This document shows positions 1 through 8,519 of a DNA stretch of 27,808 nt, one piece after another. The notes beneath the pieces are model-generated. The model made no database searches. It was not told where the DNA came from and worked only from the letters and a program-made list of their open reading frames with translations. How positions within the stretch are numbered: the stretch's first letter is position 1; the number at the start of each line of letters is the position of its first letter. This stretch comes from Minisyncoccota bacterium. GTDB taxonomy: Bacteria; Patescibacteriota; Minisyncoccia; Moranbacterales; GCA-2747515. Location: NCBI GenBank assembly GCA_938034715.1, contig CALHMM010000017.1:1-27808 (forward strand). Reading direction: 5' to 3'. The translations under genes were made by a program, and so were the position numbers.

Positions 1-774
1 GTGCGTGATCTCAATACGCTCGGAACAATTGATCATATCGTAGACATCTTGTCTGCCTTTACGGGGGGAAATCAATCGCTAAGTATGATCGTCTCAGAGC
101 ATGAGAGATTCTACTTGCCATCGTTTGAGATCCTTGTCAAAGCACTTCAAGAAAAGGGGGTAAATCTCACTTTAATGAGAGAAGGAGAGATCCGCTCTCT
201 GTCAGCGCAACAAATTACGCAGCGCAGTGGTGGAAATATCCTCATGATCCCAGAAAGTCTAGAAAGTGTCACTTTAAGAGAGAATCTCTTAGGGCTTTAT
301 AGTAAGGGTGATATAAAATTCCTATTACCGCCAAAGGCATACCTAGGATCAAAGCTGCTACTGCCACATTTGCGCAACTGCACTCAGATGGAAAGGTACA
401 TACCACAGACATATCATGTCTCTAGATACCATGATCTACCGGATGTAACAGTCGGCAAATGGGTCTTGAAGTTAGGTCAGTCATCAGGGATGAAATCTGT
501 ATACTTCAGTGATCAGGAGGTGTTCACAGAGGTACTCACGCAACAGTCCAATGCAAAAAGGGCATCATACATTCTACAACAATACGTGGAGCAACGACCA
601 TATCCATTGAATGTTTATGATGTAAATGGGGAAATCCAGCAAAGAGCAGAATACTTCCGCTTCATTGCCCAATTCACAAAGGATGGCGTAGTCGGTCTCG
701 ACATCACAGGTCGTCCAGACCGAGCCGTTCACGGTGCAAAAGACTGCACGATGATACCAACAATCGTTACATAG
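1..774 (+). CDS. ATP-grasp-fold ligase-like protein (glutathionylspermidine synthase / circularly permuted ATP-grasp-like), probably 5'-truncated by the window edge
   Basis: Frame open from base 1. ATP-grasp-like segments PKAYLGSKLLL, WVLKLGQSSGMKSV, YILQQYVEQ and C-terminal VHGAKDCTMIP. Followed by a terminator hairpin. Confidence 0.6.
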   Translation: MRDLNTLGTIDHIVDILSAFTGGNQSLSMIVSEHERFYLPSFEILVKALQEKGVNLTLMREGEIRSLSAQQITQRSGGNILMIPESLESVTLRENLLGLYSKGDIKFLLPPKAYLGSKLLLPHLRNCTQMERYIPQTYHVSRYHDLPDVTVGKWVLKLGQSSGMKSVYFSDQEVFTEVLTQQSNAKRASYILQQYVEQRPYPLNVYDVNGEIQQRAEYFRFIAQFTKDGVVGLDITGRPDRAVHGAKDCTMIPTIVT

Positions 775-788
775 GTTGCACAACCAGG

Positions 789-827
789 GAGAAACTCCCT
801 CAAGTCATCTGGCTTGAGGGATTTCTT
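789..827 (+). terminator. Intrinsic terminator after the ATP-grasp gene
   Basis: TCCCTCAAGTC (796-806) pairs with GGCTTGAGGGA (811-821) with one G-U and an ATCT loop; extendable by GAGAAA/TTTCTT; T-rich tail. Confidence 0.75.
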
Positions 828-915
828 ATATACAAAAAAGTATCTGGTACAGCAGAAAATCAAAAAAAGATAAAGAGGAAAACTTGCAGCGACAACAGCT
901 ACAATAATCTAGTAT

Positions 916-946
916 AAAAAGAACCTGGTCACAAAATGTGTCCAGG
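916..946 (-). terminator. Intrinsic terminator for the minus-strand gene 981-1400
   Basis: CCTGG-T-CACA AAA TGTG-T-CCAGG (924-946, one mismatch), preceded on + by AAAAAGAA, which is a U-tract after the stem on the minus strand. Confidence 0.55.
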
Positions 947-980
947 CCTAGCCACGTTGGGCGTCACGTACGCACCAGAT

Positions 981-1400
981 TTAACATTCACTGACCTGAT
1001 CAAGAACCTTAATCAACCAGTCCCTCGACAGAATATTCCCCACAGTGGCCAAAACAGGAGAATTATTCTTTCTGGCTTCTTGCGCAATTTCCGTGAGTCC
1101 AAATTCACGTCCCTCATAAATGATTACATCTTGATCGCCAATCCCAGTTTGTATAAACACAGCCGTTATTTCTGTAGGCACTCCTATGAGCCGCATCACA
1201 TCTGGAATGTTTGAAAAATAAATAACCTGTCCGGAGTGTGGAAGTGTCAGAATGTTGGAATTGTCTCGGGGACTATCCACTAACTGAAATAGAGGACGGT
1301 TGTCGTCTCCAGTCTGAGAAGATACGATGAGCCGTGCTCTATCGCCTGGTTGCATACTTGAAAAGGAATTTAATGCTCTGTGCACTGATAGAATCTCCAC
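981..1400 (-). CDS. Hypothetical protein (139 aa, GTG start)
   Basis: Only substantial ORF in the gap; globular-looking composition; own terminator candidate at 916-946. No family recognised. Confidence 0.6.
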   Translation of the reverse strand: MEILSVHRALNSFSSMQPGDRARLIVSSQTGDDNRPLFQLVDSPRDNSNILTLPHSGQVIYFSNIPDVMRLIGVPTEITAVFIQTGIGDQDVIIYEGREFGLTEIAQEARKNNSPVLATVGNILSRDWLIKVLDQVSEC

Positions 1401-1514
1401 TTTTTAAAGAAAAGTCTTATTAGTTACTACTAATGACTCATAGAGAGTTTATATGCATACAACTATGATGTCAATTTCAAGGACTACGCCAAGAGGTAAT
1501 AACATTAGATAGAG

Positions 1515-1523
1515 TGCTATAAT
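1515..1523 (+). promoter_or_regulatory. Extended -10 promoter element (TGc-TATAAT) for the DUF1801/AlkD pair
   Basis: TGCTATAAT 23 nt upstream of ATG 1547; no good -35. Confidence 0.55.
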
Positions 1524-1546
1524 TATAGACATCAAACAAACACACT

Positions 1547-1969
1547 ATGAAGATACAAGCAAAGACTATGAAAGAGTTCTGGGATGCATGTGGTGATCGT
1601 AAAGATGAAATGAAAGCAGTGCACAAGATGATCACAGAAGCAACAGGGCTTAAAGGAAAGCTCTTTAGTGGAATGGGCTCAATGTCTGTAATCGCATATA
1701 AGATAGGGGACTATCGAGCAAGTAGTGGCAAAGTAGAAAAATGGCCACTAATCTCACTAGCACCACAAAAAAACTACATCTCCATCTATATGTGTGCAGT
1801 CGTAGACGGTGCATATCTCATGGAAAAATTTGAAGGGAAACTCGGCAAGGTAAACGCCAGTAAGAGCTGTCTGCGCTTCAAAAAGATCCAAGACCTAAAC
1901 ATCCCAAACGTCAAAAAACTCCTAAAGAAAACAGCAGCACAAAAAAATCCCTTTGGCTTCAATGATTAA
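1547..1969 (+). CDS. DUF1801 (YdhG-like) domain protein
   Basis: 140 aa; pattern IAY..GDY..SSG...WPLISLAPQKNYISIY...LGKV..SKSCLRFKK. Confidence 0.8.
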   Translation: MKIQAKTMKEFWDACGDRKDEMKAVHKMITEATGLKGKLFSGMGSMSVIAYKIGDYRASSGKVEKWPLISLAPQKNYISIYMCAVVDGAYLMEKFEGKLGKVNASKSCLRFKKIQDLNIPNVKKLLKKTAAQKNPFGFND

Positions 1970-1978
1970 ATCATAAAA

Positions 1979-2707
1979 ATGAAAGCGAAAAATGCGCAAC
2001 GAGAACTACTCTCACGCTCTGATGACAAAACCAGAGAGAAAAGCGAATCATTTTTCAAAATGGGAAAAGGGCAGTACAGTCAGCATGATGAATTCATCGG
2101 TATCCGCATGGCAGATGTTAGAGGTGTTGCCAAAGATTATCAAAACCTCTCCTTTGCAGAGGTGAAAATACTTCTCCAATCAAAGATTCACGAAGACAGA
2201 ATTTGTGGCTTGCTCATCCTTGTTCTGAAGATGAAATCAACAGTCAAAAAACAAGACACTTCAAAGGCGCGAGAGATCGCACAATTTTATCTCAAGCACA
2301 AAGAACATGTAAACAACTGGGATTTAGTTGATGTATCAGCACATTATATCCTCGGTCAATATATCCTACTCTACCCAAAAGAGTCGGAAATCCTCTATGA
2401 GCTAGCCCAATCAAAAAGTCTCTGGGATCGAAGAATCGCAATAGTATCGCAGTGGCTCATGATACGAGAAGGGGAATATAGTCATGTTCTTCCTTTAGCT
2501 AAAATCCTTCTCTCAGACAAGCAAGACCTCATGCACAAAGCAGTTGGTTGGATGCTGCGCGAGTACTGGAAAAAGTGCCCGCCAGTCGTAGAAAATTTTC
2601 TAGAGGACAATTATCAAGAGATTCCACGGACTACTCTGCGATATGCAATAGAAAAAATCGAGAACAATCAGAGAAAGAGGATACTATCTGGAGACTTCTC
2701 GAAGTAA
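1979..2707 (+). CDS. DNA alkylation repair protein (AlkD-like HEAT-repeat family)
   Basis: FFKMGKGQYSQHDEFIGI, NNWDLVD, LWDRRIAIV, DLMHKAVGWMLRE, PRTTLRYAIEK motifs. Confidence 0.88.
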   Translation: MKAKNAQRELLSRSDDKTREKSESFFKMGKGQYSQHDEFIGIRMADVRGVAKDYQNLSFAEVKILLQSKIHEDRICGLLILVLKMKSTVKKQDTSKAREIAQFYLKHKEHVNNWDLVDVSAHYILGQYILLYPKESEILYELAQSKSLWDRRIAIVSQWLMIREGEYSHVLPLAKILLSDKQDLMHKAVGWMLREYWKKCPPVVENFLEDNYQEIPRTTLRYAIEKIENNQRKRILSGDFSK

Positions 2708-2862
2708 TTATGCACGAATATTAATACAAACAAGATAATAAGAAAAAGTACGAAAAGTCTAGTGTTTAAGCGACTTTTATACATTTTACTTGACTATATT
2801 TTGATTTTGTGTCAGTATTATGTATCACAGAGAATAAGTATACTAATCGCTAGAAACGACCA

Positions 2863-3270
2863 ATGCCGTACAAAAATACTCTCATCACTATCGCAAAAGA
2901 TTCTCCTGTAGACGTCAGCGAAACTCCGACGTCAACAAGAGAAAACACACCTATGCACATCATTGTGCACGAGCTGCTTTTGGGTAATCCATATGGACAT
3001 AATCATGAACAGCTTGTTTTTGAGTCACATATTATTCACAAAAAGCTTGGTGAACTTACCAGAGAAGAGAAGGAGGTTCTATGGGCAAAACTTACAAAGA
3101 GAACGCATCCCTGCCTCAGAACGTCTCCTCTTACGAAGAAGTACGGCTACGGTGCACATTACGACGCCGTAGGAAATATCGCCCTATATCCGGTAGAATC
3201 CATGGTTTACAAAAAATTTGTTAAAGACCGCGAGATTGAAAAAATACCAGCAATGAATAACAAAAAATAA
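2863..3270 (+). CDS. DUF6157-like protein
   Basis: YKNTLITIAKDSP, NPY...LVFE.H, CLRTSPLTKKYGYGAHYD..G.IALY.VES and C-terminal AM..KK pattern. Confidence 0.75.
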   Translation: MPYKNTLITIAKDSPVDVSETPTSTRENTPMHIIVHELLLGNPYGHNHEQLVFESHIIHKKLGELTREEKEVLWAKLTKRTHPCLRTSPLTKKYGYGAHYDAVGNIALYPVESMVYKKFVKDREIEKIPAMNNKK

Positions 3271-3276
3271 GACGAC

Positions 3277-3306
3277 AAAAGGAGGCTCAATAGCGAGCTT
3301 CTTTTT
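3277..3306 (+). terminator. Intrinsic (possibly bidirectional) terminator
   Basis: AAAAGGAGGCTC / AATAGC loop / GAGCTTCTTTTT; 12-bp stem with two G-U pairs, 6 nt after the stop. Confidence 0.75.
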
Positions 3307-3322
3307 AGTTTCGTAAGTACCC

Positions 3323-3331
3323 TGCTATAAT
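3323..3331 (+). promoter_or_regulatory. Extended -10 promoter element for tspO
   Basis: TGCTATAAT 20 nt upstream of ATG 3352, just after the upstream terminator. Confidence 0.55.
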
Positions 3332-3351
3332 ACAAAAATAAAAAGCAAATC

Positions 3352-3753
3352 ATGAATGAATCACTTCAATACGAACAGCTTATCCAACCTTCCTGGGCCC
3401 CGCCGGCATATCTATTTGGCCCTGTGTGGAGTCTGCTCTACACAATCATTTTTATTACATTTGCCTTTGTTTTTTACAAAGTTTTCAAAGGGGAATTACC
3501 TAGGAAAGTTGCTATACCTTTCATACTAAACCTTGTGTTCAATGCGGCTTTCACTCCAATACAGTTTGGTTTACAAAACAACTTCCTAGCAAGTATAGAT
3601 ATAGCTCTGGTACTCATGACCCTTATTTGGTTAATGAGGGAGATTTATAAGCACCAAACCTACAGGTGGATTGCCTTTGTAAATATCCCATATCTTCTGT
3701 GGGTAAGTTTTGCAACGGTGCTACAATTCACTATTACATTTCTCAATGCATAG
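3352..3753 (+). CDS. tspO: TspO/MBR family tryptophan-rich sensory membrane protein
   Basis: Y..L..PSWAPPAYLFGPVWSLLY, LNLVFNAAFTPIQFG, PYLLWVSFATVL. Confidence 0.92.
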   Translation: MNESLQYEQLIQPSWAPPAYLFGPVWSLLYTIIFITFAFVFYKVFKGELPRKVAIPFILNLVFNAAFTPIQFGLQNNFLASIDIALVLMTLIWLMREIYKHQTYRWIAFVNIPYLLWVSFATVLQFTITFLNA

Positions 3754-3938
3754 CGTACGGAGAATCTGGCAAAAGTCAGTATCTCACACAAGGCTCGTTA
3801 TAAGATCGATACTACCGTCGATCATACTTCGTGAGATAGATATTTCGAACAAGCAAAAAACGGACTATATGTCGTGTGGCTATAAGCCAACTCCTAGTAA
3901 TCACAAAAAATTGACAAAAGACCAAAGTACGTACTGCT

Positions 3939-3967
3939 TTGACCCTACAATTCAAAAAGGATATAAT
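3939..3967 (+). promoter_or_regulatory. Sigma70-type promoter of the mre operon
   Basis: TTGACC (3939-3944), 17-nt spacer, TATAAT (3962-3967). Confidence 0.8.
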
Positions 3968-4074
3968 ACGAACAGTGCACGCTATGCTATTGGTGAGAGT
4001 TTGTATTCAAAAACAAAAAAACAACCGTAGAATCAGTATTAGCTGATTTTTTGTGTAATATAAGGGAAATTATC

Positions 4075-5172
4075 ATGAAAAGAGTCGTAGATGGCCTGTC
4101 AAAAAATGTAAAAAATACAACAAGCAGGGTCTTTGGAAGTCTTTCCAAAGACATTGGAATAGATTTAGGCACTGCCAACACGCTTGTGTACGTCGCAAAC
4201 AAGGGTATTCTGATTAATGAACCATCCGTTGTTGCCATCAACAAGCGAACAGGGCAAATTCTTGCGATAGGCACAGAAGCCAAGCTCATGGTAGGAAAGA
4301 CACCAGGTCACATCGTCGCTTCTAGACCTCTGGTTGATGGCGTCGTAAGTGACTTCGAAGTCACAGAAAAGATGCTCAAGCACTTCATAGACAAAGTCCA
4401 TGCGCAGTCATTCTCAATACTCTCTCGACCCAGAGTGCTAATCGGTATCCCATCAGGTGTAACAGAAGTGGAAAAACGAGCAGTGATCGATGCAGCAATC
4501 AACGCTGGCGCCAGGGAAGCGTACTTAATCGATGAACCAATGGCCGCATCAATTGGAGCAAGGCTGCCAGTTACAGAACCAGGAGGAAATATGGTAATTG
4601 ATATCGGTGGAGGCACAAGTGAAATTGCAGTAATTTCCCTGGGAGGTGTTGTCACGTCACGATCACTTAGAACGGCAGGTGATGAAATGAACGAGGATAT
4701 CATTCGTTTCTGTAGGGATGAATTTAATATCCTTATCGGTGAAAGGACTGCTGAAGAAGTAAAGATTGAAATTGGAAGTGCATATCCGCTAAGCAAACCT
4801 CTCTCTAAGAAGATCCGCGGGAGGGATCTCATCACTGGCCTCCCCAAAGAAGTGAGCATAAATGATGAGCATGTACGTCAGGCTTTGTCACATTCTGTAA
4901 GGATTATTGTAAATGCAGTAAAGACAATCATTGAAGAAACGCCACCAGAGCTAATATCTGACATTATGCAACAAGGAATCATTCTTGCGGGAGGTGGAGG
5001 ACTAACCAGAGGCTTGGATAAGTTACTAGCAAATGAAACAGGTATACCAGTCAGAATGATGGAAGATTCGCTAACAGCTGTTGTGCGAGGAACAGGGATA
5101 GTTCTAGAAAACTTAGAAGACCTAAAGGAAGTCTTGATAGAAAAAGATTCTACAAGACCATTGAGAAGCTAG
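4075..5172 (+). CDS. mreB: Rod shape-determining actin homolog MreB
   Basis: IGIDLGTANT, GVTEVEKRAV, EPMAASIGA, VIDIGGGTSE, LAGGGGL. ATG 4075 preferred over TTG 4051. Confidence 0.97.
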   Translation: MKRVVDGLSKNVKNTTSRVFGSLSKDIGIDLGTANTLVYVANKGILINEPSVVAINKRTGQILAIGTEAKLMVGKTPGHIVASRPLVDGVVSDFEVTEKMLKHFIDKVHAQSFSILSRPRVLIGIPSGVTEVEKRAVIDAAINAGAREAYLIDEPMAASIGARLPVTEPGGNMVIDIGGGTSEIAVISLGGVVTSRSLRTAGDEMNEDIIRFCRDEFNILIGERTAEEVKIEIGSAYPLSKPLSKKIRGRDLITGLPKEVSINDEHVRQALSHSVRIIVNAVKTIIEETPPELISDIMQQGIILAGGGGLTRGLDKLLANETGIPVRMMEDSLTAVVRGTGIVLENLEDLKEVLIEKDSTRPLRS

Positions 5173-5195
5173 TAAATATTTTGACTTTATCAACC

Positions 5196-6014
5196 ATGCA
5201 GTCACTTCATTCGAAAAAATCAAACAAATGGATCATGGTTTTATTTGTCATTCTAGTTGCCCTAATACTAAATCCATTCAAGGTAGGTGATGGTTTACGA
5301 AATATCATTGGAAACTTCTTCAATCCAGTCACGTCATATGGTGCAAGCTTAGGGAGTTCGATTAGCACAACTTTTCAAAATATCGGACGGTTAACAAGCG
5401 TGGAAGCACAAAGGCGAGCCTTACAAAGCGAGGTTGCATCACTCAAAACAAGTATTGCCACAACGGACAAAATGGCCGAAGAAAATCAGAGATTGCGCAA
5501 AGCTCTCAATTTGATCCCAAAACACAAATACAGTCTCGTAGGCGCTGATATAATCGGATATGATCTGCAAAGCGTTGGCGAATGGGTTTTGATAAACAGA
5601 GGACGAAAAGATGGTATAGAAGTAGGCATGAATACAATCCTAGATAAGGACATCCTCGTCGGCCACGTAAGTGAGGTATTCGACAAGTCTGCCAGAGTAC
5701 AGCTCATAACAAGCAAAAAAAGTATACTAGGAGCATTAGAGCCAAGCTCAATGACGAAATTCATAGTCACAGGAGATCATGGTCTAGGCATGATTGCTAC
5801 TGAGATCCCTAGAGATCTTGATCTTGAGATTGGCACAACATTACTAAGTATCAAAAGTGAACGATCTCCAAACATACAAGATCTTGGTATAGGTACCATC
5901 AAAGAGGTAACTCCTACACAAGATAATTTGACGCAGCAAGCGGCTCTTGAACCACTTTTCACACCAAGTAAGCTAAGGCAGGTATACGTGATCACTGCAA
6001 CACTGCTGCAATAA
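5196..6014 (+). CDS. mreC: Rod shape-determining protein MreC
   Basis: N-terminal TM, coiled coil ending EENQRLRKAL, INRGRKDGIEVGM, VGHVSEV...ARVQLITS; follows mreB. ATG 5196 or TTG 5181. Confidence 0.92.
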   Translation: MQSLHSKKSNKWIMVLFVILVALILNPFKVGDGLRNIIGNFFNPVTSYGASLGSSISTTFQNIGRLTSVEAQRRALQSEVASLKTSIATTDKMAEENQRLRKALNLIPKHKYSLVGADIIGYDLQSVGEWVLINRGRKDGIEVGMNTILDKDILVGHVSEVFDKSARVQLITSKKSILGALEPSSMTKFIVTGDHGLGMIATEIPRDLDLEIGTTLLSIKSERSPNIQDLGIGTIKEVTPTQDNLTQQAALEPLFTPSKLRQVYVITATLLQ

Positions 6015-6041
6015 AAATAAATTAACTGACAATACCAAGCA

Positions 6042-6557
6042 ATGTTGGAGTTTACTTTCAGATTATTGATGCTAGCTCTGTTCGTGTTTATTAGTTTTGG
6101 TTTTGGGCCAGCTATTTTTTACTCAAGTAGTTTCCTCGGATTCATGCTCATCTGTATTCTCGTTCACACGCACATACACGACATCCCTCAGTATGGCTGG
6201 CTGGTAGTATATGGAATTGTTGCAGATGTTCTAGTAGGCGTATCTTACGGCTCGCACGCTCTACTATATATTCTATGCGCATTTTTGTATAATATAGTAA
6301 GCAAGAAAATTGCAACCCAACACACTGCGTCAAAAATATCGCAAATGCTACTGGCAATGCTCGTTACCATAGTCATGACAGTAATCTATGAGATTATGAT
6401 AAATGGTTCCTACTTTTTTTTCGCATCATGGAAAGGTATTTTAAGTATCATACTCGGGTATATACTTTTATTTCAACCTCTTACAGCTATCATGACATTC
6501 CTCGAAAAATCATTTCATGATTACCTATCAGCTAGAAACTTCAAAAAACACCGATAA
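6042..6557 (+). CDS. mreD: Rod shape-determining membrane protein MreD (divergent)
   Basis: 171-aa multi-TM protein with GIVADVLVG..YG pattern between mreC and the PBP2 gene; stop overlaps the next start (TAATG). Confidence 0.75.
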   Translation: MLEFTFRLLMLALFVFISFGFGPAIFYSSSFLGFMLICILVHTHIHDIPQYGWLVVYGIVADVLVGVSYGSHALLYILCAFLYNIVSKKIATQHTASKISQMLLAMLVTIVMTVIYEIMINGSYFFFASWKGILSIILGYILLFQPLTAIMTFLEKSFHDYLSARNFKKHR

Positions 6558-8506
6558 TGAATAAATTCAAGAAAAATAATTTGGAGAAAAGTGCGCTGTT
6601 GGCGCAAGAGTTCACCTCAGACGCCTATGCAACCAATGAACAAGGTGTAGCTTATGAATTTGATCGAAGATGGTTTAATGCAATGTGGTTATTGATATCA
6701 ATCGTCCTGCTCGGGTTAGTGGCACGACTGTTTTTTGTAAGTGTGATAAGTCATGATACATATGCCTACACTGCGCAGGGGAATACATTAAGGCAACAAC
6801 CAATTATTGCACCACGCGGGCGAATATTTGCTAGTGATGGTCAAATTCTAGCAGACAATGAGCCCAACTACATTCTCGTTTACTCTCCAAGTGAAGTTCA
6901 AAGTAAAACATCTTTAAGTGAGGCTGATGTAAATTCAAATACCTCTTACATTGCTTCGACATTTGATATCCCTAGAGAACTTATAGACATATCAGTAAGT
7001 GAAGCAACCAAGACAGGGGAGGATGTCGTTCTCAAGGAAAAGGTAGAACGTGAGCAAAACATCTCATACAAAAGTGAAGGCAAACTTGTGCCAGGATTCA
7101 TCGTACAGCAAAACGCAAGTAGGATATATCCCCAAGGAGAAAACTTCGCACATGTCATCGGTTATGAAGGTCTAATCAAGAAAAAGGAACTTCAACAACG
7201 ACGAGAAAATGGTTATCTATTAACAGATCGTATCGGAAAAACTGGTTTAGAATTTCAATACGAAAATAGTCTTCGTGGTCAGCATGGGATGAGCAAAAAC
7301 ATCGTAGATAGTCGTGAAAAAACAGTACGTAATCTACAAGACGATCACGCAACGCCCGGAAGAGATCTCTATACACACATTGATGGCGATCTACAAAAAA
7401 TAATTACGAATAGACTGAAGATAGAGTTAGAACGGGCCCAGACGCAAACAGGAGCTGCTGTGGCGCTAGATCCACAGACAGGCGCAGTCAAAGCACTTGT
7501 AAGTCTGCCATTGTATGACAACAACAAATTTGTCCATGGTGTCGATTCTCTAACATATAGCAACTGGATCACCGACCAAAATAGACCATTATTCAATAGA
7601 GCTGTATCGGGTGCATTCCCTCCAGGATCTACAGTTAAGCCAGTAATGGGAGTCGCTACTCTAATGGAGAACACTGTAGACGCAGGGTACCAGATCGAAA
7701 GTAAGGGGGGATTAATGCTAGGAAACAGGTTCTTTGGAGATTGGAAAGTTCACGGATTTACAGACCTCAGAAGAGCAATTGCAGTCTCTAGTGATGTGTA
7801 TTTCTATACAGTAGCAGGAGGTCATGGTACTGTAAAAGGCATGGGGATCGAGCGAATGCATCATTGGATGACCCGCTTTGGTTACGGAAAAGAAACTGGA
7901 ATAGACCTTCCATCAGAAATAGCAGGGACATATCCAACTCCTGAGATAAAAAAGGATCTCGTAGGAGAAAAATGGTATGTGGGGGATACCTATAATGCAG
8001 CAATCGGTCAAGGGTTCGTAAGCGCAACTCCTCTTCAAGTAGCAAATTCAATTGCTGCTATCGCAAACGGTGGGACGATATACAAACCAACAATCGCCAA
8101 TTACTTCCAGGACGTAGATGGCAACAAAACCATGATCCGGCCAAGTGTTGTTGCTAAGGAGCTATCTTCACAAGAAAGTATACTCGTTGCACAACAAGGC
8201 ATGCGTCAAACTGTAACACAAGGAACAGCGCAAATGATGCAATCAGTTCCAGTAGAGGTAGCTGGAAAAACAGGGACAGCTCAATTTGGCACACAAGATA
8301 AAGTGCACTCGTGGTTTGTTGGTTATGCTCCATACGATGATCCTGAGCTTGTTATACTGATTCTCACACAAGGACAGTCAGGTGAGATATCTTCAAGCAC
8401 AATGCCAGTAGCTCGAGACGTGCTGCAATGGTACTTCGGGAGTCGTGACAAAGACTCTCCATTGCTGACAGACCAACCAAATCAGGAACCCGACGAAACA
8501 CAATAA
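6557..8506 (+). CDS. mrdA: Penicillin-binding protein 2 (class B, elongasome transpeptidase)
   Basis: TM anchor, APRGRIF, IGKTGLEFQYE, SxxK (STVK), SSD, KTG (GKTGTAQ), HSWFVGYAP. Confidence 0.95.
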   Translation: MNKFKKNNLEKSALLAQEFTSDAYATNEQGVAYEFDRRWFNAMWLLISIVLLGLVARLFFVSVISHDTYAYTAQGNTLRQQPIIAPRGRIFASDGQILADNEPNYILVYSPSEVQSKTSLSEADVNSNTSYIASTFDIPRELIDISVSEATKTGEDVVLKEKVEREQNISYKSEGKLVPGFIVQQNASRIYPQGENFAHVIGYEGLIKKKELQQRRENGYLLTDRIGKTGLEFQYENSLRGQHGMSKNIVDSREKTVRNLQDDHATPGRDLYTHIDGDLQKIITNRLKIELERAQTQTGAAVALDPQTGAVKALVSLPLYDNNKFVHGVDSLTYSNWITDQNRPLFNRAVSGAFPPGSTVKPVMGVATLMENTVDAGYQIESKGGLMLGNRFFGDWKVHGFTDLRRAIAVSSDVYFYTVAGGHGTVKGMGIERMHHWMTRFGYGKETGIDLPSEIAGTYPTPEIKKDLVGEKWYVGDTYNAAIGQGFVSATPLQVANSIAAIANGGTIYKPTIANYFQDVDGNKTMIRPSVVAKELSSQESILVAQQGMRQTVTQGTAQMMQSVPVEVAGKTGTAQFGTQDKVHSWFVGYAPYDDPELVILILTQGQSGEISSSTMPVARDVLQWYFGSRDKDSPLLTDQPNQEPDETQ

Positions 8507-8519
8507 CTGATACATCTGG

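Noticed and set aside
936-1214. 92-aa plus-strand ORF
   Set aside because: Overlaps the better minus-strand ORF 981-1400 and a terminator hairpin; no motif.
3766-3890. Possible c-di-GMP-I riboswitch or SRP RNA, prompted by GGCAAA and GCAAAA words
   Set aside because: The GAAA-capped P2 stem, receptor and SRP domain IV motif are not present; kept only as a generic structured region.
3710-4289. ORFs 3710-4030 (+) and 3987-4289 (-)
   Set aside because: They overlap tspO or mreB, and the first spans a near-consensus promoter; no recognisable protein features.
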